From: Chrysomallon squamiferum
Taxonomy: Eukaryota > Animalia > Mollusca
Direction: 5' to 3'
DNA: 64,000 nt
Assembly: GCA_012295275.1 (NCBI GenBank)
Contig: CM022670.1
Location: forward strand, 30,380,001 to 30,444,000
The position numbers and the translations under genes are program-made. This document shows, piece by piece, positions 39,443-54,900 of this stretch (within the stretch, counting starts at the first letter, position 1; each line of letters begins with the position of its first letter). Under the pieces are notes generated by a model that ran no database searches, had not been told where the DNA came from, and saw nothing but the letters and a program-made list of their open reading frames with translations.

Positions 39443-41771
39443 TGGTCATACAGCTGGGGATCCATTGGAATGCTATAGTGTAAGGATAGTCATAATAATA
39501 GTAGCTTGAAAAGTTTAAAATTTAAAAATACATTTTACACCATATCTAAAATGCGGGCATTAAATTACTAGCCATGCAGTATGCTGCTATGCACATTGAG
39601 TGATCGATAACAAATAATTAATATTCGATTGACATGCAAAATGATGCATTATTAATTTATTGCAACACTCTCTAAGCTTCCACTTGCCCACCTCCGCATT
39701 TATCGTCTTTCAGAAATTCTCAGTTTTTCATGTAGATAGGCATGCGTAAGGCATATTATTATATATATTCTAATTTTTAAATTTGGTATATTTTTAATTT
39801 TTAATTCATAATTGTTATTGTTTTTGTTTCTGTTTTATTAAAATATAATATTTCTACATTAAAAAATAAATTCTTTTTAAATAAATATCTTTTTGTTCAT
39901 TTCTCTAAATTGAAAAAATATATATTAAAATGATAAGATAATGTGAATTAACAGCATATATGATATTATTATACAGATCTATTATGCAATTAAAGAAGCT
40001 TAAGCTTCAGAGCCCCAGAATTTTTATCCAAACCTGAGATGGTGGTTAAATTTTTAAAAGATTTATAGTGATCTGTCATGGAACAAGCCTATTGAACAAG
40101 ATAAGATAATTAACCAGATCTTGTTGTCACTTGCAGAGTTCCAAGAATGTAGATCCACCAGTTATTTCATTATTTGTTTTTCAGATTCCAATTGTTCTGG
40201 AAAAAGAACCAGATGTTGATGCTCATGGAAATCCTGTTCTTGAAGCTGATGGCAAACAGCGATTTCGATGTGGATTTAGAATAGGAGGTGGGATAGACCA
40301 AGACCCTAGTCAGAGCCCACAAGGCTTTCCTGACAAGGTATGTCTGAGAATTAATTAAGGTAAATCTTTTTATAAAAAAAATAAGAGCTTGATTATTTAT
40401 TTAGCAACACTGCAATATACTGAAATATAAACTATATCATACACAACTGTTTCTTTAACCTTTTCACTGGCATAATTAAAAATAACTTATAGTATAATAA
40501 AAAAGACTGGTTATTGTGCTTTCGCCCCACAGATGGCAGCACATACTTGGCTGGTAATGTGTTTGGGAGTCTGGATCGTATCGACATCTTGCAGCATAAT
40601 GAGAAGTTTTCTTTAAGGCTTTGGGGTAAATCTGAAATTAATGGCAAAACAGTTTTGAGTGGATATATCCATTTATTGCAAGGAAAGATTCAATAATATC
40701 CAAAATATAAAATACTTGGCGGGTACCTCCATAGCTATTTCTATAGTTTATTTCTTTTTTGTATTTATCCATAAACAGAAGAGCATTTAGAATAATCTTT
40801 GCTAAGCTTCTTTGTGACAATGGTTAGACTGGAAAAAATTCCAGAGGAATTACTAATCAGAACTGATCAGTAAATCTATGCAAATGTTTCTTTTGAAAAT
40901 TTAATCATGTTTTGTTTATTTTAATAGGTTTAATACATTTAACTTTTTAAAAAACATAATAAATAAAAAAAAAAATTCTTAATTATTATTATATTAAATG
41001 AATTACTCATTAAGACATTTATCATTACTTACTGGGCTTTATTTACACTTACATATAATGTAATCATTTGAGAAAGTAAGTATTTCTGTTTCAGGGAGTG
41101 TATGTCACCCATATTCATGAAAACAGCCCAGCTTCAAGGTGTGGTTTACAGCTCCATGACAAACTATTGCAGGTAAATCTTATAAATTATCATATAACAT
41201 AGCTGAATCAAAAACAGTAGATTACAAGTATAATATTTTTTATATTTATGATATTTTCTTAAAATGATTAACATTTTGAAAAGTGATATATATATATATT
41301 TTATCAATAATTAAGCCAATAAAAATAAATAATGTTTCAATCACAAATATTCTTGTATTTGTTATATTAATGTTATTATTATTATTAAAAGTATTATTTA
41401 CTAGTATACTTCAGTCACAAAAACCATTGTTTTTGTTGCATTATTTTTATTAATTTGTTTTACCATTACCATACCACTGTTTACTTGTAACACCAGCTGT
41501 GTGCAATTCAACGTGAAACTAGTGTATAATACAACCATTGTTACTAACCTCTTTTATTAATTCCTATTATAAATTGTAGGTGAATGGCAAAGATTTCACA
41601 TTAGTGACTCACAAACAGGCTGTGGAGTACATACGTAGAAAACCGGTTCTCAAGATGCTAGTTTATCGAAAAGGAGTTCCTGCTTTACAAAAATCGGTAG
41701 GACAGACCCAGTTTCAGGCTTACACACAACAGCAGCAGTATTCACAGCAGCCGCAGTTTCAGCAGTACTGA
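39438..41771 (+). CDS. TAX1BP3: Tax1-binding protein 3 / TIP-1, single PDZ domain, ~154 aa
   Basis: Exons 39438-39479, 40185-40337, 41095-41172 and 41580-41771 are all phase 0. Motifs GFRIGGGIDQDPSQSP, GVYVTHIHENSPA..GLQLHDKLLQVNG and DFTLVTHKQAV match the TIP-1 family. Q/Y-rich tail. Confidence 0.93.
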
Positions 41772-44700
41772 CATGTGCTTAGAAATTAAACATATCTGGA
41801 CATCAGTTTTATAATTTGACAACCAGTAGCTGATATGTCTTTCATGCTGGGGTTACAGATTCTTTGTTTTTCATTTTCTACTTCTGACTCAGGAAATATA
41901 TTCAGTGACTATTTTTATATATAAAAAAAAAAATTATATATATTAGAAAGTCAAAAGTATGCTAAAAGCAAAGATACTGTGGCAAACAAAACTGTCTTTT
42001 TGCAAACATAAATATTTAGTTTTTCTCTTTCTCTATTACTCCACATAGAAAAAAAAACTCGGTTAAAAACATTTTATAAATAACTGAATGATAACAAAAA
42101 CCTATCAGATTTTATGGGTTTTTTGTTATTATTCTGTTTATAAAATGTTTTTAACTGTTTTTAAGTATTCTGAAATAGTAAAAAAAAATTACATCAACAT
42201 ATTTTTTAAAAAGAAAATATCAGAATATCATTTTTTAAAAAGATTTGTATTATTATTGTTATGTTAAGAACAGCTGATGTTTGTATTAGGTTTAACTTGC
42301 CTCAGGCCAATATCCTTTTTGATATTTATGCTTCGGTAAATTTCAGCTTTGGTTGTACTTAAAAATAAGCTGAAAAGTTAATGGTTTGCAGAAGTCAGTT
42401 AGATATCAAGTGTATGAATTAAAAAAAAAATTATATTTGAAAAAAAAAAGAACAGGTAGTTACATTTCATAGCTGCTTTATTCTGATTTTGTTTTTAATA
42501 TGTTAGTTAGACTTATTTCAATAATAATTTTATAAGGAAATCAAATTTATAGTGTATGCCTAAGACCCTTTTTTTTTTTTTTTTGTACATTACAGTATTA
42601 TATTTTTTTCACGTTATTTATCTAAATTAGCTCAAGTAGCTTTTATAACAAAATGTTGTTTGATGCTATTTTTGGTTTTGGCAAGCTGTTTTGTAAAAAA
42701 ACCTATTCATTGCTTTTAGTGCATGATTATTATTTAAGAGATAATAATAATTAAAAAAAACAATTTTCTTCAGTATTTAATTGGCTTTCTTATTCTGATT
42801 AATGAAGTTATTGGACTCATCTTCCAGGCTTGTATCAACAAGAGCAGATCATCTTAAACATTTACTGTTAGACAGTGGTAGACTGAATGGATTGCAATAA
42901 TACATTTTTTTATTAATTAAAGAATTACATTAGAAATCAAATAAATTCTTATTTAATTTCTTATAAATCTTAGTAGCTGTGGATGATATTATATTAATAT
43001 ATTTCTATTTTTGTAGTTTAAAATCACATTTTATTAGCATATCCATTTTGTAAGAAATAATTTAATTTGTGTAATGGTGTTAATACTGACAAATATAGAT
43101 GTTATTCAACATGCAGAAAAGAAGATACAATTTTAAATGATTCACTCATCAACAGATATTTTTTTTGAAATCTAATGTAACTTGTACAGTATGATGACTG
43201 AATGTTGTGTTAAATTTTTTTATTTACTGCATGAGGAGACCTTTTTCTGGATTAGAAGAAAAATTGTTGATAATAAACTTTTTAAAATGGTCATTGCTCA
43301 ACAGTTAAAAAGAGTGATCTGTGTAATTTTAAATTGTTGTGTCAACTGTTTTGTTCATTATTAAGTTATGGTTGTTACCCAGATAAAATTTGTATAACTT
43401 CTTGCTGCATATATTATTAATTTTTTATTTTTATTTTTTTTCTCTGTAGACTGTTTTGTTACAGCTTTATTACTAGAATAAATTCATTGAATTCTTTCAG
43501 AATAATGAATTAGACATTATAATCAAAATGTTCAATTGCCTTCATCCAAACTGTGGTTATCATAAAGAGTATTACTATAGATGTCTTAATGAAAAGTCTT
43601 ATTTAATTTTTTTTTTTAAATATTATCATTATAAAATAATTATCAATTCATTTTTAAAATTTTATATCAGATTTAACCAATTCCAGCTTAATTACTCTAT
43701 GTATTAATATTTATATAATTATTTTTGTCTTAATTGTGATGAAATGTTAATTGTGCTTTCTTATCATTTTTGTTGATCATTTTAGAATATCTTTGCTTAT
43801 TTTTTTTTTTTTTATAGCATGTAATATAGTGTTGAAAACAATCATATTTCATATTTACAATATATTTGTCCTAATTGCAGTTACGAAGATTTTTCCACTT
43901 TATAGCAAGTATATTATACATTCTGCATTTTTCATTAGCTGCAGATAGTGATTATTAAATCTGTAAATAATTTGTCTTTATAATTGTATTATACATTTAC
44001 CATTAGCTAAAATAGCTGTTTTAAATTTATAAATATTACTTAATAGTTTCATTCTTTTAAAATTATAATTTGATATTAAATTAATTCCTATGATTAAATT
44101 TATTATTACTTATAATTAATTTTTAAAAATATATTTTTACATCTGATACACGTAAAGGCTTCTCTTATTAAATTAATTAATACCAATTTTAAAAATCTCT
44201 ATTTCTTATTAATAATACTACTGAATTTATAAATACCTGCATTAATATTTTGTGTATTTTGTATTTATTTTTTTATTAAAATTGTAAATATTTATTTAAC
44301 ATATTTCCTTTATATACACAATTTATTATTAAATTGATAAATACCAAACATCATCTATTCTGAATATTACTTGTAGATTTTTTTATTTTTTATTTTTATT
44401 TTTTTAATTTGTCATTAACTACAGGTAATTCTTATTATAAAATTAGTCAATGTGTGTGTGTTTTACTTTTTAAAATGAGTACACTTTCTATATACTATAG
44501 ATTCCTATTACTGAATTACAAGTATTATTTTTCATGTTCAGTTTCTGGTTGGGAAGGAAGTGATCTGAACTGTTTTTTTTATTATGTACTTCATACTGTT
44601 ATTGTATCAGACAGGAAATAACTTCATTTGAACTATTTCTATTTTGTTTTATCTTGTTTTTAAATCTTTCAAAGAATTTTTGAGATGCATTTAATAAATA

Positions 44701-46553
44701 AATAAATAAACATCCAATATAGAATCTCTGAAATCTGAGGAATGAAGTTTAGCTTAACAAACTTTATAAAATGCTTGTTGGTTGTGTTGTTTTCACATTC
44801 TTATGAATTTACTTTGAATCAAACCAGTCTGTTTAATGTTTCACATTTATGAAAGTGCTTTTCTACAATGTCGTTACAAAAACTGTGTCTTTTTGCTGGG
44901 TGATCTGTGTAAATAATACACATAATTTATATAATGAAATTGTTGCTGAATATTTTTATTTTATTTGTAATTGGTGCTTTGAAAGAAATAAAATTACTGA
45001 AATATTAATCTAGTTAAATTTTGCTATTTCTGTTTCATAAACTATGCTCAATTTTGGGCTTCAACAGATAAATATAGAATTCTGTATAAACTGTCAAGAG
45101 TATGGGGACAGACAAAATAGAAATTTTGCAAAATTTGTTTAAAGTTTGAGGAAATAATCTCCCTTGAAATTAGAGAGGTATTAAAATATTTCACAGTAGA
45201 AATTAAGTTAATTTTGCATGGTATTCACTGAATTTATAATTAAATACTTTCTCTGTGAGGTTCTCAAAGGTAATGGATATCTCTGAGAGGGCAATAAAGA
45301 TAATTAATTTGTAGTGTTTTCCATTTTTAATTCAGTATGCTTTGTAAATCAAAATTCTTTTTAGTTTTATAAAATTGCTGGAAGGAATAGGTGACACTGC
45401 ATATGAAATTTAGTAGTTAAAATGTTAGTAAATCCCCTCCTCCCATGGTCTGGGAACCAGTGTGATTCACTATCATTTAATTAAAATATTTGTTTTGGCT
45501 ACAACATTCAAAATATATTACCAATTCTTTTTTTTTTTCATTCAGTAAAAAATATTTTAATTTTCAATCAAGTAATCAAATAAGTCCAATAAAACTCAAC
45601 AGCAATGAAATCAAAATAACATTCAATTTTGTTTTGGATCACAGAACATTTAATGACCAACATTTTTAACATTTACATAAGAAAACAAAAAGTTGAGACA
45701 GAAAAGACTGACTTGAGAATTTAAAACAAAATGTATTAACTTAATCAGTAACAATAAGGCACTTTCATAACAATAAGCCAAGCTGTCCAGTATTTATTGT
45801 CCTAATTTACTATTATTCTTTAAATTTAATAACACTTGACAAATAATTATACTTGATGAATAATAATAACAATCAATAAACTAAGTATTTATAAGCATTT
45901 CTTAAATAATTATGATGACCCCTGTAAAAAATGTTTATTTGGGATTCATTTTTTTAATTTTTTCATCATTCGTTAATATTAATTTTGAAATAATTTTGAA
46001 ATTTAAAATAAAACTTTTAAGATCTGGACCTTTTTGTTATCTGACAGTAAAGAAGATATAAATTTAATAATAAATTTAATAGCAGAAGATACATTTAAAA
46101 AAAGTCTAAAACTGTAAAATCTATACTTCAAAGACTAATTTTCAACCTTTTGTATTATAAAGTTCTTAAACATCAATATAATTATAAAGCTAGCTAGTCA
46201 GTCATGATAATATCACAGATAATTACTTAACTACTGGATGGAAATATTTAAAAATACTTTATAAATAGTTTTTCTTTTACTCACAAAAATATAGAAATTT
46301 TAATGTATTCCTTGTAACTTGGAATGGAATTGATAAAAACCAATCATTTGTAATATATTTTTTAAATATTTAGTTAGAAATTAAAAAACATTAATTAAAA
46401 AATTGAACAAAATTTTAGATGTTGTTTTAGATTCAAATAGCATATTTATCTACATTACTAATTCATGAAACTATCTGTAAACCGTTAATTTAACATCTTA
46501 ATATATTTACAGGTATCTTTAAAATTGGAAACAAATAATTTAAGGGGTGACAG

Positions 46554-46603
<50 letters not shown>

Positions 46604-47356
46604 CTGTGCCTGTGTGTTAATAATCTAACTATATATTTACTTCCAAAGTACATTTCATTTTAAATGAAATATTTCTGCAGCTACTAAAACACCCTGGAGC
46701 AATATACTAAAATTTTCAAAGTTTCTTGCTTTTTAAAAATTGTTATCTAAAACAGATTTTGTATAAAGGAATGTTGAACTGAGAATGTTGTCATTATACA
46801 TAAAAATGATACCAATATTCTTGGAATGTACAGCAGTCCATTAAATAAGTTTTATGATAAATACAAAATAGCACAGCTCTGCTTTGTTTTTGATTCCTCC
46901 ACTTTTTTCAGCAGCACCTTTAGCTGGGTAACTTGTCTCTTTTCTGTAAATAACATTGCTCTGTGAGACCAAATTCATCTCAGAGTTTGTTCTTGCATTT
47001 GTATTCTTTTAATTTTACAAAACCACAGCAAAACAAAGAATGGAATTAAGTACTAATATAATTATTTTAAATGGAAAATAAGAATAGGTATAATACTAGT
47101 AATTATATATATTTATAAAAGTAAAATATATAAGATTTAAAACTGAATAACAGTGAAGATTTGTACAAAGAATTCTGCTTGATACGGTGGTATATTTATG
47201 TACACAACCTTTAGACAATACACTAAGAGTAACTGGTAAGGACTTTATATGTATTTACATTTCAAAATTTTAATTTATGATAACTGAGAATTTATTTATC
47301 TATTATTCTGAATCAGCAACTATCATATTCAAAAATGGCTAAATTCTCAAATATCT

Positions 47357-47422
<66 letters not shown>

Positions 47423-47672
47423 TGAAGGAGAACACAAATTAGTTTCAAAATAAATAAAAAATCAAAAAATTCATTTATTTATTAATACAGAAAACTGAAC
47501 AATACAATTTGTTTCCTACATACTTTAAAATCCTTTAATATATTAATTTTATAAAGAAGACCTGATGATAAAAATTTACTATTTAACCAAAGAAAAAGCA
47601 AAACTCATTTTCACAAAAATTAAACAAAACATTTCAATTTGATCTTAGGTTATTTACTGCTAATGATATTAC

Positions 47673-47721
<49 letters not shown>

Positions 47722-50552
47722 AAGTCCATTTGTCACTTGTGCTAGTAATAAAATAAGCTTATGACAATACTCTGATGTTATAAAATCTTAATATATCTAT
47801 ATTATGGCAAATGGAATACTGTTATATACAGGCTGCATATGAAATATGCTTTTACAAAACAAAAAATAAAAATAAAAAATAAAAATAAAATTTGCTTTCA
47901 TACACATCACAGAAATCACGGGGACAGTATTGCAATGATTCGGACGGAGTTCTTTTTTCTTTTATTGGTGGCACCACTACACCAATGTCTTTGCGTGTTG
48001 TGTGTGTGAGTGTGTGTGTGTGTGTGTGTGTATTTGTGTGTCTACAACAAGTTGTCTACATATAACAATTTATTACAGAAGATTTAGCCTATTTTTGTTT
48101 TTCACATTTAAAAAAAATTTCCACCTTTTATTATCACTATTTATATTAAATATTTTATAAATTAGTTACATTTGTCATATTTTATAAAACAAGTGTACAA
48201 AATAAAATGAACTTGTAGGACTTTGTAGGATTGTTTTGCTGGTGCAATACACAAACTGTTATTACATAACACATGGAATGTACAGTGGCAATATGCATAT
48301 GATGAGCAATATCGCAACACTGTTTAATTGTTACTGATATATAAAGTAAAAAATAAAATTTATATATGTATAAAATCAAATGTAATATAGATTTGTGTTT
48401 GAATATATGAATGAAAACACCTTGTATATACAATGATATATCTCAAATGAAGGTGTGAAATGTTGTGTAACATTTCTATAATAATAATAGAGCCAGGATG
48501 TGCAATGTGATATTTGGTGACACAAATTTAATATATCACTAATGGTAAATAATGTATAAATATAAATGATAAAAATAAAATAAAATTCATTAATAATGGA
48601 CTAGCCTTTAAAAATGTTCAGAACTAATAAAGGTAGGCTAATAAAAATAGAATGATGAAATGTTTTTTGTTTCTTTTTTAATATTTCAGTGACATCTTTG
48701 GGTTAGTTTGTGCATGAGTAGAATACTACAATATGTGTGTGTGTGTGTGTGTGTATGTGTGTTATTTGGTGTGTATGTGTGTGCAAGTGTGTGTGTTTGT
48801 AAATATAATATGGATGACTGTAGAATGATTTCAAAGTTTCTTGAACCAAAATTAAAAGAACATAGCAAGTAAAAAATATATAAATAAAATAAAAATATAT
48901 ACTACAGCTTCATGTGATGTACATCAATTTATGCTTCAAGCTACTATGAAGTACTGTCTAAATGAATAAAAATAACATACAAAACATAACAAAATGTGTC
49001 AACAAGTAACAATGATTATTTACATTCATAACAGTTGATCAAACACATTAAAATAATCATCAATTTTAAATCAAATTTCATTTTTTTAGAAGGACAATGA
49101 TAAAAAAAAAGTGTTGCTTTTGTGAAAGAAGTTCATAGGGTGAGAGTAACATATTTTAGATTGATTATCCTTTGTATTATGCAATAATCTCCTATTAATG
49201 TATACTGCATAACACTACTAGTAATACATTAATTATCAATAAATAAATCAGTTAACACTGTTTCTATAACATTAAATCTTTCATAATTTCTTTCTCTCTC
49301 TAGCCTTTGTTAAATCAGTATAAATAAACTGTAGTTTAAGATAAAATATTTTTAAATTTTTTTTAAGATTTTATTTCAAGATAATAAAATGAGCATAATA
49401 TTGTGTAGATAAATATATTTTATTTTATATTTAAAAGTATCAAAAATCACTATTCAGTATAGGCAAATGCATTGTCAGCCACATCTTCCATTTTCAAAAA
49501 CTGCCACAGCAGTTTTACTATTGATATTTGCAACTCAAGTTTTTAAAATAATAATAAATAAATGTATCACATTTAGGTATCTGAATAAAAAGTACAGTTG
49601 TAAAAATGAAATATGAATAAAATATGATTTCCATGTGAAACTACAGTGTTGATTATTCAACTTCTGCTTGTTTAAGAATATAAACTTAAAATTGATATTA
49701 AAATTTTTTATTATAAAAATGTATTTGTTCTGAAAATATAAATAACTGGATTGCATCCAAGCTTGAAATGAAAGACTGATAGAAAGTATAAAAGAAAAAT
49801 TTATTTTTTTTTTAACTTTTACAATACTTCAATTAGAAAAACATAGATAGGCACTGTATAATGCTTAATCTGAAAATTATTATTCTTCTAAACGTATTTA
49901 GGAATAAAAATTAAAAAAATATATTTTTTTATATTTCTTAATGTATTTTAGTTACAGTCTAATGTCCATAAGTTTGTAATTAATTAGTCAGAAAATGATT
50001 TGGCAAATTATTAAACTGTGGCTTAGACTGTTACAAAACAGATGCTGTCCCTTTACTTTCATAATTATTCTCATTTCAAACTGCTACAGACATTAACCAT
50101 CTGTAGACAATCTGTTTTCATATGTGTTGTTATACTATTATCTAAACAGAATCATGAAAATTATTTGTGAATTGTCAAACTTAAATGAGGTCAAATGATA
50201 AATTTATTATATTTCTTTGTAGTCCTCAGTTAAAAGAAAACTGCATAAGAATAATTTGATCAGCAATTTTAAAGTAAATAAATTATGAGATTTTAATAAA
50301 TTAAAAAAACAAAAAACAAGATAATAATAATAATAAAACACTGTATATAAATAAAAAATATATCTCAGTGTAAATAGATAAGACATAAAAAAATTAAATA
50401 ATTTAGTTTGGCAATATTTCATAATTTTATTAACTATAACTTTTAAGATGATGTCTAAAAAGTTAAAAATGTTGTCAAATGAAAATTTTGTTGTCCAAGA
50501 TCCTTAAAACATAATGTGATAATGATTTAAATGTCTGAAACATTACTATCAA

Positions 50553-50587
<35 letters not shown>

Positions 50588-51717
50588 AACAAAAAATTTA
50601 AAAAGTAATACAGTTATAATAGCACTTACAAAACAGCAGAAGCAATGAATTTAAACAAAACTTTCCAAAAGATACAAAACAGAATTCATATGACCTCTTT
50701 TAAATAAATACAAAAAAGATTTTTCATACTTTTCCCCATCCTTTTGTAATACACTAGGTAATTTATTACTGTTGAATAACTGGATGATTATGGAATGAAT
50801 GATTGTGTAATGATTTTTAACAGAATGATAATAATAATAACATTATGCAGAACATATATCACATGATATAAACAGAAACTAATTTATATATACATATATA
50901 TTTAACAAAAAAAATGATTTGTGTCTACAAACTTCAATATGGCACCAGTATATTCATTGTTGTATCATACTTATCAACAACAGACATTTTAGTTTCTGTT
51001 ATAGTCAGCTTAACAACAAACTAACATTTTGTGTTTTTACACTGAAGTAACAAACTCTGTAATTTGAAAATAAAATACTGTTTATTTACAAAACAATAGT
51101 CAGAACTTTGCAAGCCAATTACAAAATTCTTACAATCAAATATCCAAAATAAAATAGCTAGTGATTTTTTGTTTTTGCATACTATATATATTCTTATATA
51201 TTTTTCATTCATTCATTTATTTAAAAGAAATATATTTTTACCTTTATTAAAATTATTATGAAAGTTTTTATACATTTATTTCTGTTTATGCTAAACATCA
51301 GTAGAGTTTTTCCCTTGGATTCCTATCAGTTTGTTAATGTCATTTCTGAATAATTTTTGGAAATATCAGCTTCAGTCATACTAGCGCGTCTTCAATAATG
51401 TATAATAAAGGCAAATTTCATGTTGTTTTATCAGATTTATAAGATAATCACTTTTATTTTCAAAAACTCTTTTTAGATGCTTAACTTTATGTGTACAAGA
51501 GACTGTAATTTCAGTCCAGATATTAAACTTAGAAAAAAGAAAGAAACTTTGCCTCCAAAACCACAAATATTTTGTAATAGGTTCACTAAATTGATTTCTA
51601 CAGATTTTCTAACAAGCAGATAAATATTTTCTATATAAATTGTCTCTCTCTCTACAGCTCAATACTATATGATACAAGAGTGTGCTTTTAACAGTGTCTG
51701 AAAGATTAACTAATGTA

Positions 51718-51950
51718 ACCTTCACAACTAGAGTAAAATTAAAGTTCACACTAACAATATACTCCACAACCAGAGTAAAGTGAAACTTCACTGCAGTAAA
51801 ATGAAATTTCACAACCAAAGTAAAGCTAACTCCACAATCAGAGTGAAGTGAATCTTCACATCTAGAATAAAGTGAAACTTCACAACAAGAGTAAAGCAAA
51901 ATTTTACACTACAGTAAATTTAAATTTCACAATTAAAGTAAGGTTCATAA
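51718..51950. repeat. ~24-bp degenerate tandem repeat (~9-10 units) immediately after the stop codon of the minus-strand gene
   Basis: Consensus acttcacaaccagagtaaagtgaa. Confidence 0.85.
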
Positions 51951-51953
51951 GCT

Positions 51954-54900
51954 TCATGTGGATCCATCTGCAGCATAGACAGCAGACAGACGACTGTTGC
52001 ATCGATCAACAGCACTCAACTGCAGATACTGCTGCATGTTGTGGTCATCTGGTCCAGATGTCAGTGCCAGGGATTCAAGTGGAGGGGCCAGCATCTGCTG
52101 ATCACCATAACCTGAAAATAATATTAATTGTGGATTGATGTTTGATAGCATTCATTGTAGATTGAAAATAGCATTTGTTAAAATTTTAAAATAGACACCA
52201 TTTACTGTTGGATTAATGCCGTTCATCAAAGACTGGTGTTAAACATGTTTATTAATTATGATTATCCTTTCATTATATAGATTTGTACAAAGTAGTTTCT
52301 TTTCTTTTAATTATGAAGTCATTGATATTGGATTTATACAAAGATTAAACAAATAATGACAATACCAAATAGGACACCATAAAAATTATAATCCTTCCAT
52401 TTTATATATATATATATAAACAAACACACATAAAAAAATACATTAAAATAAAAAAAATTAAAAATAAATATTAAAAAAAGTAAGAAAAGAATAGCAATAT
52501 GTTGGAAAAACAATTCACCAAAATAGTCAGTAATCAAATATTTTAAAAGTGCAATGATTTACCCAAAGCAAAAGATATCTACTATTTAAGCAGCAAGCAT
52601 ATACTAAATAATGTAAATTGATAATTTTAAAAACAACAATGCTTACCAAAATATATAGAACTGTTGCTGAACAATTTGAAATGATCTCCCATAACAAAAT
52701 AATAATAGTTTTTCTTAAAAATATATATGTATACATTTTATAGAAAAACATTATATATAGTATTAATTGTAATTTTATAATATATATTTAATATTGTTTT
52801 TCTATAAAATAGATACATATATATTTTATAGAAAAGCAGTGTTGGATCATTATTATTATATACCATAAATTTTATACCTATAAAATATTTGTTAAGATAA
52901 TACTACAAGTTAATATTGTGCCATTAAAATTATATAATGTATTCTTATATGAAATAATTTGAGCCAATGAAGTTCTTCAAAGTATGCATATTTAAATACG
53001 GTTTTGTGTCATCAGAACTCTGCAGCAAATATAAAATGATATCAGACAGAATATTTACATTTTACAATGGGAAGCAACCATTGCTTGTTTGTTAAAAGGC
53101 TTGTGTCTTTATAAATAACTAAATAAAAACATGTTTTATCCCACAAATTTAGTTCTATTTCTAACTAGATTGAAAAGTTAAAAAAACAGAAAAGAAACCT
53201 CATAAAATAAAAAATCCCAATGAAATTATTATGTGTTGTTTATCTTTCTGTCTTAAACTAAAAAGTTAAACAAATAAAAACAAAAAATGTAAAAATAATA
53301 TATCATAAAAAGTCAACCACTATGCTATGTCAAAAAATTGAAAAGTTAAAAAAATGCTGTGAAAAATCACTTTGAAAAACAAACATGCTATGTTTATTTC
53401 CAAAATGGATATATTTTCAGACGAAACATGTTTGTTATTAATCATTTGGCACACTTTGCTGACCCAAAGATGTCCAGCTCTAGGCCAGATAAAGACCACC
53501 TTTGAACCAAGATTAATGTGCTAGTTGGGTACGAATAAAAATAAAACATTAACAGAGAAGAAAAAAAAGAAAGAAGAAAAGAGGAATCTTTTCTGACTAT
53601 ACATTTACCTAAATGATATTCACTGAACAGTTGCATTTCACTTTATATGTGTGTGTATATATGTAAATTAGCAAAATAAGTAATATAATACAAATCTGAA
53701 ACTGTGATTCCAGACGTAAAAAATACCTATGTACAAGATAACGTTAGTTTTATTTTAAGATTTAGTTAAGAATTGAAAGATCCTACAGATCTATGCTATG
53801 TGCATCAAAGATGTGCAAAACTGTATTTATACTGTACTGCTCATTCGCAAAATGTTTATATATCGCCAAAACACTTACTTCCACATTTATTACTCTAACT
53901 TAGTGGTCAACTGATGGTCCACTGAAATTTATATAACTGTCCAGTTAGAACATTTTTCTACATACTGAGGAAAAAAATATATATATATTTTTATTTGAAA
54001 TATAAATGTGAAATAAGGAAACTAAACTAAATTAATAATAAATGCCAAATAATGCTATATGGAATTTGCTTTTATCCTTTAAATCTACCACAGTCAAGAA
54101 AATATTCACAAGACATTTGAATATAAATTTCTTCTTTTTATTAAAGCAAAATGATAGGAAATAAATAATATACTTTTTTCTTCTCCTATCATTATCACAC
54201 ACACACACACACACACACACACGTAATATGTTCTTTCTTTTAATTTTGTGTTTATTTGTTTACTTTTTAATTTATTTTTCTCTTTTAATCTCCTTTTTTC
54301 TTTGTATTAGTTTTATTTATTTTAATCGTTTTTCTCCTAACTTTGTATTTATTTTACTTCTTTTTTTAAATGTTAAAATCCTTTTTATTTTAGCTATGTA
54401 TATATTTTATTCCAATTTCCTAGATCAAGATTCATTTATACATCTTTTTAAGAGAGGACTTTACATACAAATATAAAGAAAACTGATTTAGAACCTTCTA
54501 AACACAATAAGATTGGTTTGACTAGATTGGCTTTTAGTAATTCAAGAAGAATTTCAAATATAAAGAAAATTGATTTAAAATATTTTAAACTAGTAAGACT
54601 GCTTTGACTAGACCAGTTCTTATCTACTTCACAAAGAGTTATACCACAAGTGTAATGTTTGTTCTGGATTTTTAAAAATATCAGTTAAAAAACAAACACC
54701 TGTAGTCATTAAATGTTAGCTGTAATTTAATGTGAACAAGTTATTAAACAAAGAAATAGTCTAAATAAATATTCTCCATACTAGCATGTTTTATTTGTCT
54801 TTTATTTCTTTTCTTTATTTTCCCGTTTCTTTTATTTTTCTTTACTTTATTATTATTATTATTTTAAAAATGTTTTCTATCTTTACAAGTAATGAAGTAT

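Noticed and set aside
40514-40696. 60-aa ORF (DGSTYLAGNVFGSLDRID...) as a nested gene or ribozyme
   Set aside because: It lacks an ATG start, is phase-incompatible with the host exons, and I could not build a hammerhead, HDV or twister core. It is kept only as a cassette-exon candidate.
37780-41771. Functional link between the CNG channel and the adjacent PDZ protein TAX1BP3
   Set aside because: The channel ends in ...DKTGK, which is not a PDZ-binding motif, and the genes differ in CpG and promoter type. Adjacency alone is not evidence.
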